Positions 27,660-38,799 of a DNA stretch of 64,000 nucleotides are shown one piece after another. The first letter of the stretch is position 1. Each line of letters starts with the position of its first letter. The translations under genes and the position numbers were made by a program. The stretch comes from Octopus sinensis (lineage: Eukaryota). The DNA lies in assembly GCF_006345805.1 (NCBI RefSeq), contig NC_043006.1, forward strand, positions 4,154,001-4,218,000, read 5' to 3'. The notes beneath the pieces were generated by a model, which saw only the letters and a program-made list of their open reading frames with translations, did no database searches and was not told the origin of the DNA.

Positions 27660-28520
27660 TGCATGTATGTATGTATGTATGCATGTATGTATGTATGTAT
27701 GTATGTATGTATGTATGTATGTGTGTGTGTATGTATGTATGTATGTATGTATGTATGTATGTATGTATGTATGTATGTATGTACGTATGTATGTATGTAT
27801 GTATGTACGTACGTATGTATGTATGCATGCATGCATGCATGCATGTATGTATGTATGTATGTATGTATGTATGTATGCATGCATGCATGCATGTATGTAT
27901 GTATGTATGTATGTATGTATGTATGTATGTGTGTGTGTATGTATGTATGTATGTATGTATGTATGTATGTATGTATGTGTGTGTGTATGTATGTATGTGT
28001 GTGTGTATGTATGTATGTATGTTTGTATGTATGTATGTATGTATGTATGTATGTATGTATGCATGCATGCATGCATGCATGCATGCATGTATGCATGTAT
28101 GCATGTATGTATGTATGTATGTATGTGTGTATGTATGTATGTATGTGTGTATCATATGTATGTATGTATGTATCATATGTATGTATGTATGTATCATATG
28201 TATGTGTGTATGTATCATATGTATGTGTGTATGTATGTATGTATGTATGTATGTATGTATCATATGTATGTATGTATGTATCATATGTATGTGTGTATGT
28301 ATGTATGTTGTATGTATGTATGTATGTATGTATGTATGAATGTATGTATGTATGTATCATATGTATGTGTGTATGTATGTATGTATGTATGTGTGTATGT
28401 ATGTATGTGTATGTATGTGTATGAATGTATGTATGTATGTATCATATGTATGTGTGTATGTATGTATGTATGTATGTATGTATGTATGTATGTATGTATG
28501 ATGTATGTATGTATGTATAT
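27660..28520. repeat. About 860-bp (ATGT)n microsatellite with ATGC, GTGT and ATCAT variant blocks
   Basis: Direct reading; source of the long spurious CMYV/HTYI ORFs. Confidence 0.97.
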
Positions 28521-28595
28521 GTGTTCATCTGTATGTATGTATTCTGCATATTCATGTGCTTGCATGTCCGTGTTTGTGTATTTTTTATATATGTG

Positions 28596-28635
<40 letters not shown>

Positions 28636-28719
28636 ATATAATATAATATACACCCTAAGTTTAGGTGCTCTATACTTTCAATCTATATACCACCTAATAC
28701 ATTATTAGGTGGTCTATAG

Positions 28720-28754
<35 letters not shown>

Positions 28755-29346
28755 CATGATTATTATTATTATTCAGGTCACTGCCTGGAATTGAACTCGG
28801 GATCTTCGGATTAGTACCCAGCGCTCTTAACCACTACGCCATATGATGAAAGCTGGAGGGTGTATCAGCTGAAACGCTGTGTTAACAACGGACAAGATGA
28901 CAAATGTCCGTCAAATGTAAATAATGTAAACAATGTAAATAATCTAGCACTCTGTTTTCCCTTTTCTCCTTCCCTTTTCTTTTTTCCCCCTAATCCTTTA
29001 GACCAATGCTATTTTCCTTCCTTCTTACATTCTTCTCGATTCTCTTCTCTCTATCTACTTCCCCCTACCAGTATATTCTCAAAATTTCATCCACACTACA
29101 AGCATGAATGAACAGCACATGGAATGAATATCTAGTCACGTGTGAGTTGCGACGTCACAGGTGCCAAGCTGTATCTACCTTTGTCTTTCCCTTGGATAAC
29201 ACTGGTGGCGTGGAGAGGGGAGGCTGGTATGCATGGGCGACTGCTGGCCTTCTATAAAACAACCTTGCCCAGACTTGTGCCTCAGAGGGTAACTCTCTAG
29301 GTGCAATCCCATGGTCACTCATGACCGAAGGGGGTCTAAGTCTAAG

Positions 29347-29407
<61 letters not shown>

Positions 29408-29942
29408 TATATATTATATATATATATATATATTATGCAGCGTGCATGATCATATACATATGTGCATGTGTGTTTCTGTGCGTGTGTGTGTATGTTGTGT
29501 ATGTGTGTGTGTGTATGTTTGTGTGTGTGCGTGTGTGTTTGTGTATGTGTGTGTGTGTGTGTTTGTGTGTGTGTTATGCGTGTTCTAGAACATGGGACGA
29601 ATAGTTTGTGAAGAAAATGTTTGTTTAATTTTAAATAATACTTAATTAACGAGGCGAAACGAGATGATTGCTCGACGACACGCAGACAGCGTAGATGGAA
29701 GTAGGGAGGGGGGAGGAAGTATGCGGTAGAGAACGCCAGTTGGGACAGGCAGAGAGCGATATCGTCGTTTGTTTTCGTCCATCAGTAAACCTCTCCACTC
29801 ATATCAAGCACACACTTTGATCAAGGGCCTCACAACACGAGTGTGAGTGTCCACTCTCACTCTCACAGCAAGAGTGTCATCTCTAGCTCTTTCTCTCCCT
29901 AACAGACTGAAAGGCCTCATTGTGTGGCCCTGCCCCCAACTG

Positions 29943-29950
29943 CATATAAG
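29943..29950 (+). promoter_or_regulatory. Candidate TATA-like element of the M4 protease gene
   Basis: CATATAAG about 170 nt upstream of ATG 30119, in a unique, non-repetitive stretch. Confidence 0.35.
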
Positions 29951-30118
29951 GATCACCACCTAAAAATTCGGCTGCCTCGGATGTTTGTCTATGGTTACTA
30001 TTATAACTGTCTCCAGTTTGAAAGTCCACTATTTCATCTCCGTAGTGGCTGTACTTGACCAGTTGCTGCTGTTTTCCACTTCTGACTGACCAGTGTGACA
30101 GAGAGGGAGAGAAAGATA

Positions 30119-30167
30119 ATGGCTGCCTGTATCGGTGGGATTCACTTCCTTTTTCTTTTATTACTCG
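30119..30167 (+). CDS. Exon 1 of the M4 metalloprotease gene (first part of signal peptide, MAACIGGIHFLFLLLL-G)
   Basis: AGATAATGG start context; strong donor G|GTGAGT at 30167/30168; phase 1 matches acceptor TCTTTCTAG|GC at 35292/35293 and gives a continuous hydrophobic leader. Confidence 0.8.
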
Positions 30168-30299
30168 GTGAGTAAAACACGCATTTTCTAGGTTTGCATC
30201 TGTGTTTGTATGTGTGTCTCTGTGTATGCATACGTTTGTGCATGCGCTTGGATGTAATTATGTATGTGACTATATTTTCAAATGCGTAGATAGATAGAT

Positions 30300-30603
30300 T
30301 GGAGGCGCAATGGCCCAGTGTTTAGGGCAACGGACTCGTAGTCGGAGGATCGCGTTTCGATTCCCAGAGCGGGCGTTGTGTGTATTTATTGAGCGAAAAC
30401 ACCTAAAGCTCCACGATGCTCCGGCAAGGGGTAGTGGCGACCCCTGCTGTACTCTTTCACCACGACTCTCTCTCTCACTCTCTCTTCCTGTTTCTTGAGT
30501 AACGCAGAGATGGACTGGCGTCTCGTCCAGCTGGGGGGAACACATATGCCAGAGAAACCGGGAAACCGGGCCCATGAGCCTGGTCAGGCTTGAAAAGGGC
30601 GCA
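30300..30603 (+). mobile_element. tRNA-derived SINE, family C (intronic)
   Basis: GGAGGCGCAATGGCCCAGTG head, TTCGATTCCC B-box, shared body. Confidence 0.85.
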
Positions 30604-31412
30604 TAAAAAAAGATAGATAGATAGAGATAGATATACAGAGAGAGAGAGAGAGAGAGAGACAATGAGGGAGAGAAAGAGTGACTTTTTAAAATGCAAATTA
30701 TTGTGTTTGTCTTTTACGTGTTCCAGTCATTAGACAGCGGTCTATTATTTTATAATTATTATATGCGAATTAAAATCTGAAAATATTAATAGTGATTACT
30801 TTGTTAAATAATTTGGTAATTAAATATTGGAGTATAACTGAGTTAAAGATATTCTATAATTTACTAAAGTGTTTTTTTAAGCTAAATTATATCTTCACAG
30901 ATAAATACATATTTCTATCTATTTACTCTTCTTTTTTAGCATAAATATTAAATATTTAACATAATAAATGTGTTGTAGGAAATAATCCTAATGTTTTAAG
31001 TTTCAAATTTAGTTAATGGACTTTCTTCTATAATAAAAAAAAATATTATTTTATTTATTTTTAAATAAGTATTGTTTAACTCTATTTGCTTATTTATTTA
31101 ACTATTATTGTTAACCTGAAGATTGATGACTATAATTTTAAATTGAATTCATTTCAATTAAATTTAAATTTAATTGTAATTAGAATTTAATTGTACCCAT
31201 GAAACGTACTTAGTTTTTTTACTTAATATATATCAATCATTCATTTTTATACTTTTTGTGATCTAGTTCTATGTTTTATAAAAATATATATTATTTGATA
31301 TTTATATTCTGATTTATGTCTATCACTTTTTGAATTGCATAATAGTGGTTTTTATCTCTAATTTATAATTTATATATATATACATACGCACTGGTACATA
31401 CAGACAAACATA

Positions 31413-31460
<48 letters not shown>

Positions 31461-31814
31461 TTGATATGAGAGACGGGAGATGGAAGGAGCGAGAAGGTTT
31501 ATTGATTACTACTATTGTTTGGACTTATCTAGCATCGATCCCTCATTGGTGAGATACTGCACTACTGGTTTAGGTACATTTGTCCGTGTAGATGTGTCTC
31601 CTTAGATGGTTACAAAATGTATCTTGTTAAGTACTGTTCCGCAAGAAAAGGGCTTCATTTTTATAGAAATTCAATAACAAATATCAGATGCGGAAAGAAA
31701 CGGACACAAAATCGAGCGCAAAAAGTATTGAATATTACCGTTAACAGATGCAGATATATGAAAGCCTCGGTGTGGGTTGTATGGCGCACGTACGCGAGCT
31801 CATACAAACATTCA

Positions 31815-32085
31815 CGTAGATATAACTGGTACTTAATTTATCGACCCTGAAAGGATTAAAGGCAAAGTCGACCAACGGAATACGGAGAGGACAAACAAGG
31901 ACAGACAAACGGATTATGTCGATTATATCCACCCAAGTGTGTAATTGGTACTTGATTTATCGACCCCGAAAGGATGAAAGGCAAAGTCGACCTCGGCGGA
32001 ATTTGAACTCAGAACGTAACGGCAGACAAAATACGGCTAAGCATTTCGCCCGACGTGCTAACGTTTCTGCCAGCTGGCCGCTCTT
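31815..32085 (-). mobile_element. Family-A SINE, partial tandem (intronic)
   Basis: Core and head in reverse orientation. Confidence 0.8.
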
Positions 32086-32670
32086 TCATGTATCTAAATA
32101 ACGTGTTTACATTGCGTCACCTCCATAACCACAATGATTATTATTACCACCATCGTTCTTCCTATAGCATTTACAATCATCAATTATAATATGGGTCCCG
32201 GTATATTGCAGCAGATCTTCGTCCCTTTTTATCAAATACTCGGCAAGCGTTCTCCTTTCACTCCTTATACAGTGTTCTCAGCCCTGCATCACCATTCTTT
32301 CTTTTCATATACAGTCTGTTTACGTTTGTAGTTAACACTTATTATTATTATAGGAAGAATGGCCAGTATGAACGGACCAATTCTGAGGTTACACCCGTAA
32401 CAAAAATGGTAATGTAAAAGGAGAAAAGGGCTCTCTAGCCCCTTTTTGACCAGGCTTCCGCGGTTTTTATGGGTTTTTCCACGAGTAACCTTTCGAAGCG
32501 CCCCTCCCTATAGGGAGTTTTATTTGTTATATTTTTCGTTGTTAACTTGCATTTTTACACGGACCTTTCAAACGGACAAAACCCTTTTTGTAACTTTCGT
32601 CCTGTATTTTGTCTTTACATGTTTCATTTGATTTTTGTTAGCCCTTGTGGCCAATCAACGAATTAATTAA

Positions 32671-32734
<64 letters not shown>

Positions 32735-32774
32735 GTTATTATTATTATTATTATTATTATTAATATCATACTCT

Positions 32775-33177
32775 CTCTTTCTCTTTTCTCTCTTTTACTT
32801 GTTTCAGTCATTTGACTGCGGCCATGCTGGAGCACCGGCTTTAGTCCAGCAACTCGACCCCGGAACTTATTCTTTTGTAAGCCCAGTACTTATTCTATCG
32901 GTCTCTTTTGCCGAACCGCTAAGTAACGGGGACGTAAACACACCAGCATCGGTTGTCAAGCAATGCTAGGGAGACAAACACATACACACACATACATATA
33001 TATATATATATACATATATACGACAGGCTTCTTTCAGCCTACCAAATCCACTCACAAGGCATTGGTCGGCCCGGGGCTATAGCAGAAGAAACTTGCCCAA
33101 GATACCACGCAGTGGGACTGAACCCGGAACCATGTGGTTGGTTAGCAAGCTACTTACCACACAGCCACTCCTGCGCC
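32775..33177 (-). mobile_element. Family-B SINE (intronic)
   Basis: Closely similar to 15265-15720. Confidence 0.85.
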
Positions 33178-33185
33178 TGATATTA

Positions 33186-33238
<53 letters not shown>

Positions 33239-33248
33239 GTTGTTGTTG

Positions 33249-33309
<61 letters not shown>

Positions 33310-33310
33310 T

Positions 33311-35256
33311 TTTTTTTTCTTCTTTCAAATTTGCTTCCATTTCTTGCCGAGTGTCTTCCCGACTCCTAGGGCAAAGAAACTCATAGTATACATTGGTAGG
33401 CCATTAAACCAAACTCAATAGTTCGTTCATTTTTTATTTTTTTAAAGTTAAATTAAAATACATGAGCAGCAACAGTTCTCACATCGACAATACTCTTCTC
33501 AATACGTGTGATGTACCAGCTAAGACAATCTTTTGCACTTCTTGCAGGGATGGTAAGCCAGGGATCATTCGCATATAATTTTCGGTTCCCTTCTTGATCA
33601 TTCCTAGTGCTCCTACGATCACTGGTATTGTAACCGCCTTGAGATGCCACATTTTCTCAATTTCAATGGGTAGGTCTTTATATTTTCTGAGCTTGTCAAA
33701 CTCTTTCGCTGAGATATTATGATCACAGGGGATGCTCATGTCGATCAATAAGCAAACTTTATTGTTTTGGTCTTTCACAAAAATATCTGGTTTATTGGCC
33801 TTCATGGTTCGGTCTGTATGTACTGGAAAGTCCCACAGAATGGTTACATTTTCTCCTTCAGTTACAGCCTCAGGGTGGTGATTATACCACTTGTCGGCAG
33901 TTTTGATATTGTAATGCCGACTTATTAGCCAGTGGAGATATTGGCCAACTCTGTCATGTCTTAATTTATACTCCAATGGTGGTAAGACTTTACATCCAGA
34001 GATTAGATGGGCCACTGTTTCAATCATGTCGTTGCAGAATCGGCATTTTGGGTCTGCTCCATTTTTCATCACATTGGCCTGGTAGTTCCGGGTTAATAGG
34101 CTTTGATCTTGAGCAGCCAGGATGAAACCTTCGCTCTCTGCTTTTAGCCCTGAGCTCCGTAGCCACTGATGGGTTTGCTTCTGGTCAACATCAGCTTGTT
34201 TGCTGCGGGTCACATATTTGCCGTGCAGAGGTTTCTCCTCCCACCTATCAGCCAATTGCTCGTGCGCTTTTTTCGTTGCCATCATTTTCACCTTCTTTGC
34301 AACAATAGTTGCCGTACTTCCCTCGGGTTGTTCAGTTTGGGTATCCTGCACGAGATCAATAGCAAATTTTTTGCATTCCTTTATGATAGAATGAAGCTTC
34401 TTTCGTCTCTCGTGATTTCCACGAGCTTTAGCATCCAGTCATTCGATATTTCGAGATATTTGGCCAGTCCAATTGTGGTTGTTTTGTAAGCTAGTTCAAA
34501 TTGGATCAGGCCTCGACCTCCTTGGGCTCTGGGAAGGTAAAGGCGATCTACGTCTGCCTTTGGGTGGTGCATCCTATTACAACTCAGCAGCTTGCGTATT
34601 TTCCTATCTATATTCTTTACTTCACTCATATTCCAGTTCAACACATTGTAGCTATAAGTAACAACTGGAACTGCTAAGGAATTTATAGCTAACACTTTGT
34701 TATGTGCATTTAGTTCAGATTTCAGGACTGCACGAACTCTCCTATAACATTCCTTCCTGATCTTCTCTTTCATGCTTGCATGCTGAATACCAGAGCCTTC
34801 ATTTATCCCTAAATATTTGTATGTTTGTTCTTGCTCAAGCTCTCTTATGACTGTGTCAACATCTAACACGACTGAATTTGTGGTCTTCCCTTTCCCTTTC
34901 TGGAAAGTGGCCTTGGCACACTTCTCAAGTCCAAACTCCATCCGATGTCATCGCTGAATGCTTTCACGGTGCGCAATAGGCCTTCAAGTTCATTATTGTC
35001 TTTACCATAAAGTTTTAAGTCATCCATATAAAATAGATGGCTTATTTTTTTATTGGCAATTTTATACCCATACCCTGTTCTGTTAATTCACTTGTAAGGG
35101 TATTAGGGCTATGCAGAATATTAAAGGTGAAAGTGAGTCACCTTGAAAAATTCCACAGTTGATGTTATATTTTCTGAGGCAAGTACTCCATTAGAGTGGT
35201 ATAATTGGAGATTCGTATTCCACAACGACATATTGTGCTTCAGGAAGTTTGAAATA
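33311..35256 (-). mobile_element. R4/Dong-clade LINE (same subfamily as 19669-21850), 5'-truncated, inside the protease intron
   Basis: ORFs 33479..34351 and 34381..34941 plus HLFYMDDLKLY at about 35010-35040; 3' UTR like 21780-21850; (TAA)n tail 33180-33310 and (ATT)n 35255-35283 on the other side. Confidence 0.92.
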
Positions 35257-35292
35257 TTATTATTATTATTATTATTATTATTATCTTTCTAG

Positions 35293-37100
35293 GCTTCCTG
35301 GTGAGCCACGTTGTGACGTCAGCAAAATGGCGACAGGCCAGGGATGTGTTCCTGTCCAATGTGGATACCTTGAGCGAGACAATGAAGCGACAACCAAGTC
35401 ACATGATCACCACACGTGACCTATTCGGTCTGACCGAAGACGAGGACGTCACGCTGATGGACTCAGCACCGAGTGAGCAAGGAACCATCATCAAAAAGTA
35501 CGGCGAAACTTATAAAGGACTTCCGGTATTCGATGCCAGCCTCACTGTGGAGACGGACGCCAATACCGATGTGTACACTGGTCAGGTGACCGGAAAACTG
35601 GCTCAGAACCTTGACGATGACATCAGCTCTACAGTACCAACTTTGAACGAGCCGGAGGTGATGCTATTAGCTGCCAACTACGGAAACTTTTCTATGGAAG
35701 AGGCCCGCATAGACTACGATAAACTCCGGTTGACGATCTTCGTGAAGGACAACGTAGCAATCTTGGTGTATCGAATTCAATATTATGCCGTATCTAATGG
35801 AAAAAATTATCGATTTTGCATGCTAATCGATGCGAATAATGGAATGCTTGTTAAAAAATGGAACACACTAGAAACTGCAAAAAACAAATACAAAATGAAA
35901 GGTGTCGGGGGTAACAAATTGATAGGTAAATTGAGATACGGAGAAGAACTACCATATTTGGAAGTGACACGTGAGGGCGATGATTGTTATTTCGGCAACG
36001 ACATCGTTACAGTGGTGAATCTAAAGGAGGAAGAGTCTTTCTGCCTAACGAGGCAGAAAGTGTTTATAATGTAAAATGCAACACTGCTGCGATGGATGAA
36101 GCGAACGGAGCTTCTTCTCCGATAAACGATGCTATTTTCTATGGCAACGTCGTCTACAATATGTACAAAGAATGGGTGAAGATATCCCCGGTGAAAAAGC
36201 TGCCAATGGCTCTCCGCGTACACTTTGGCCAAAACATAGTGAATGCTTTTTACAATGGAAGAAACTTCTCGTCCGGTGACGGCGACAGGGAGTATCGGCC
36301 GCTAGTAAGTCTTGATATCATTGCACACGAAATAACCCATTGCTTCATGGAGGAACTTTCGGGCTTGATATACGAGGGGTAGTCGGGTGGTATCGACGAA
36401 TCGTTCAGTGACCTGGCTGGGGAGGCAGCCGAAAAGTTTTTAATCGTGTTTTAATCGTGTCTACGATTCCAATTCGCAACGTGTGTAACCAATCAACTGA
36501 TGGGAGGTCGATAATACATGCTGGCGACTACAATGATCTTATGGACGTACACTACTCAGTGGGGTATTCAACAGGTTTTACTGTCTGTTAGCCAGAAGGA
36601 GAGGATGGAATACGAAAAGGGTTTTAAAGGATGCGGCACATTCCAATCGTTTCTACTGGCATCCGACAACTACTTTCGTTGAGGCCGCTTGCGACTTCAT
36701 GAAGTCCGCTTATGATTTTGGCTATGATACTAAACCGGTAGAGAGAGTTTTTAGAAAAGTTGGTATAAAAGTGTGTGATCTGTCTTCGTACATCCGAACA
36801 GTGCACCAGAACTCAAAAATCGAGGACCTAAGTGCGATCCCTGAAGAAGAAATCATGTTTAAACTGAAGATAAAGTCAGAATTGAAGAACGTGAAAATTG
36901 CTACGTTTGGCGGTATAGGAGAAGCAGATCTGTTTGTTTGCTACAAGAAACTCCGCTGCAATGAGCATTTGACGAAATGGCGATCGAACAAGCCCGGGAC
37001 AAACCAGAAAATTTTAATGGAGAGTCCAAAGAAAGGTAGATATTTCATAATATTAAAATCAAAAGTCGAGGATTTTATCAAAGATGTAACTTTAAAGTAA
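35293..37100 (+). pseudogene. Exon 2 of a thermolysin-family (M4) neutral zinc metalloprotease, vibriolysin/LasB-like: FTP-PepSY propeptide, catalytic domain, C-terminal PPC domain; disrupted
   Basis: KYGETYKGLPVF (FTP), LIDANNG.LVKKW (PepSY), GVGGNKLIGK.RYG, NGASSPINDA.FYG.VV, VHFG..VNAFYNG..GDGD..PLVSLDIIA-HEITH (36326-36340), SGGID-E-SFSD (E 36398), DGRSI, MD-V-H (36550), FGGIGEADLFV (PPC); lesions at about 36033, 36380 (TAG), about 36440-36470 and about 36557. Confidence 0.92.
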
Positions 37101-37147
37101 CGTTAGAAGAAAAGTGATAAGGAGAAAAAGATCCCTTGTTTCAAAAT

Positions 37148-37153
37148 AATAAA
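37148..37153 (+). promoter_or_regulatory. Candidate polyadenylation signal of the M4 gene
   Basis: AATAAA about 50 nt after the TAA at 37098-37100; AT-rich context lowers specificity. Confidence 0.4.
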
Positions 37154-37335
37154 AGAAAATAGTTATGAAATTTTATAAGTTTTAAAATAAAGATATGAAT
37201 TCATTGTATGACTTTTTAAATTGAATTAGTTGTTTCAACAAATACCTTCTGGGTTAAAATGGCTGGCAAAGACAACAAAAGGAGAAAACGTGTGACCGAA
37301 ACAAAATTATATATGTACACATACATATATATATA

Positions 37336-37373
<38 letters not shown>

Positions 37374-38799
37374 AATGTGACAAGGTGGAAAAAAGAGTAC
37401 TCAAATACCAGTGGTAGAGTAATATGCTTTATTTTAAGCAGCAGAATTCAACAAAATCTGTTACTCTGAGTTTCTCGTTGCCGTTCATCAGACAGTTTTT
37501 TGCTAGAATGGAACTGATATATCAATTCAATCTATACTCTTACAAACGCTACACCTTTAAAAAAGAAATGGACTTGTTTGATTGGCCCTTTAGAAAAAAC
37601 GGTCAATCTTCGAGCGATAAACAAAAAGGTCAAAAATATGTATATATATATAAAAAACTTATAAAATTATAAATCCGAGGAAAAAACCTATGACGTTAAT
37701 GAAGACAGTGCAAATAATGCATAGAAATTAAACCTGTTATAAATAATGCAATACATATTTATATTAAAATCTACATATATATTCAACATACACAAAGGAT
37801 GCGCGTAAACGCCATACATACATATACAGACGTATGATATAAATCTAAATATACACATAAAAGCATGTGTACATATATTCACGCAAACCGTCTCGCACGC
37901 AAGCTAAAATTCATCTATGTAGCAATTCTATATACTGAGCAAGGAGGGGAACGAAAGAAAGGGAGAGAGAGAAAAAAGGAAGAAGGAGGGGTGGGGGAAA
38001 AAACGAATAAGAAAAAATTATGTATACAAGCAGTGTAACGGTATTATTGGCATATATAGAGACCAGTATACATACACAAGTTTGAATGGATACACATACA
38101 TACAGTCGTGTATATGTGTGCTTAAGTACAAACATACTTTCACTTACACATACACAGATACGCATGCTTACAAATACATATGCTTTGCTATACACATACT
38201 TATATAAACATTCTAATTTTGACAACATTGCTTTTTTAAAAAAAAAACATTGCTTTTAAAAATGGGTGCATTAATAAAAATATATACGAAAGATATATAT
38301 ATACATATATATATACATATATATACACACACACACACACGCACACACACACACACACACATATATAATTATATATATATATATATATACAAGCAGTTAA
38401 GCCCGGTTTCACCCGGTCTGTTTGGATGATGTGGCTGTGATCGTTTTCGGTTAGGCATAATCTATAACAGCTTCAGGAGTTCTGAGGAAAGAATTTTTAC
38501 GTAGTCTGTTTCTGAAAGCTAATCTATTGCACCTCTCTCTAATTACACTGATCAACAAAATGAAACTTTCCTTTTAATCATCAGAGTTGCTTATTGACTT
38601 TTCTGGGTTAAATTTCGATGCTGATTACGAATCCGAAGTCCGATTTTCTCAAACCGGTCACATTTTCATGTTAATGATACCTGATGTGTTAACTTATAGG
38701 ATATGTAAAGCATGTCTATATAAAGTATATTGAATACAAGATACGATAATTTCATGGCTTTTTATTGTACAAAATTAAAACTATTGTGTACGAATAAGT

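Noticed and set aside
27463-28641. Long ORFs of 250-390 aa (CMYV/HTYI repeats) and similar YI, HT, II and LS-rich ORFs elsewhere
   Set aside because: They are stop-free translations of (ATGT)n, (TA)n, (CA)n, (TAA)n and (CT)n microsatellites.
35293-37100. M4 protease as a bacterial contaminant or chimeric assembly
   Set aside because: It has a phase-matched spliceosomal intron and upstream exon, several inactivating lesions, no neighbouring bacterial genes or operon context, and host-type repeats on both sides. Long-read confirmation is still desirable.
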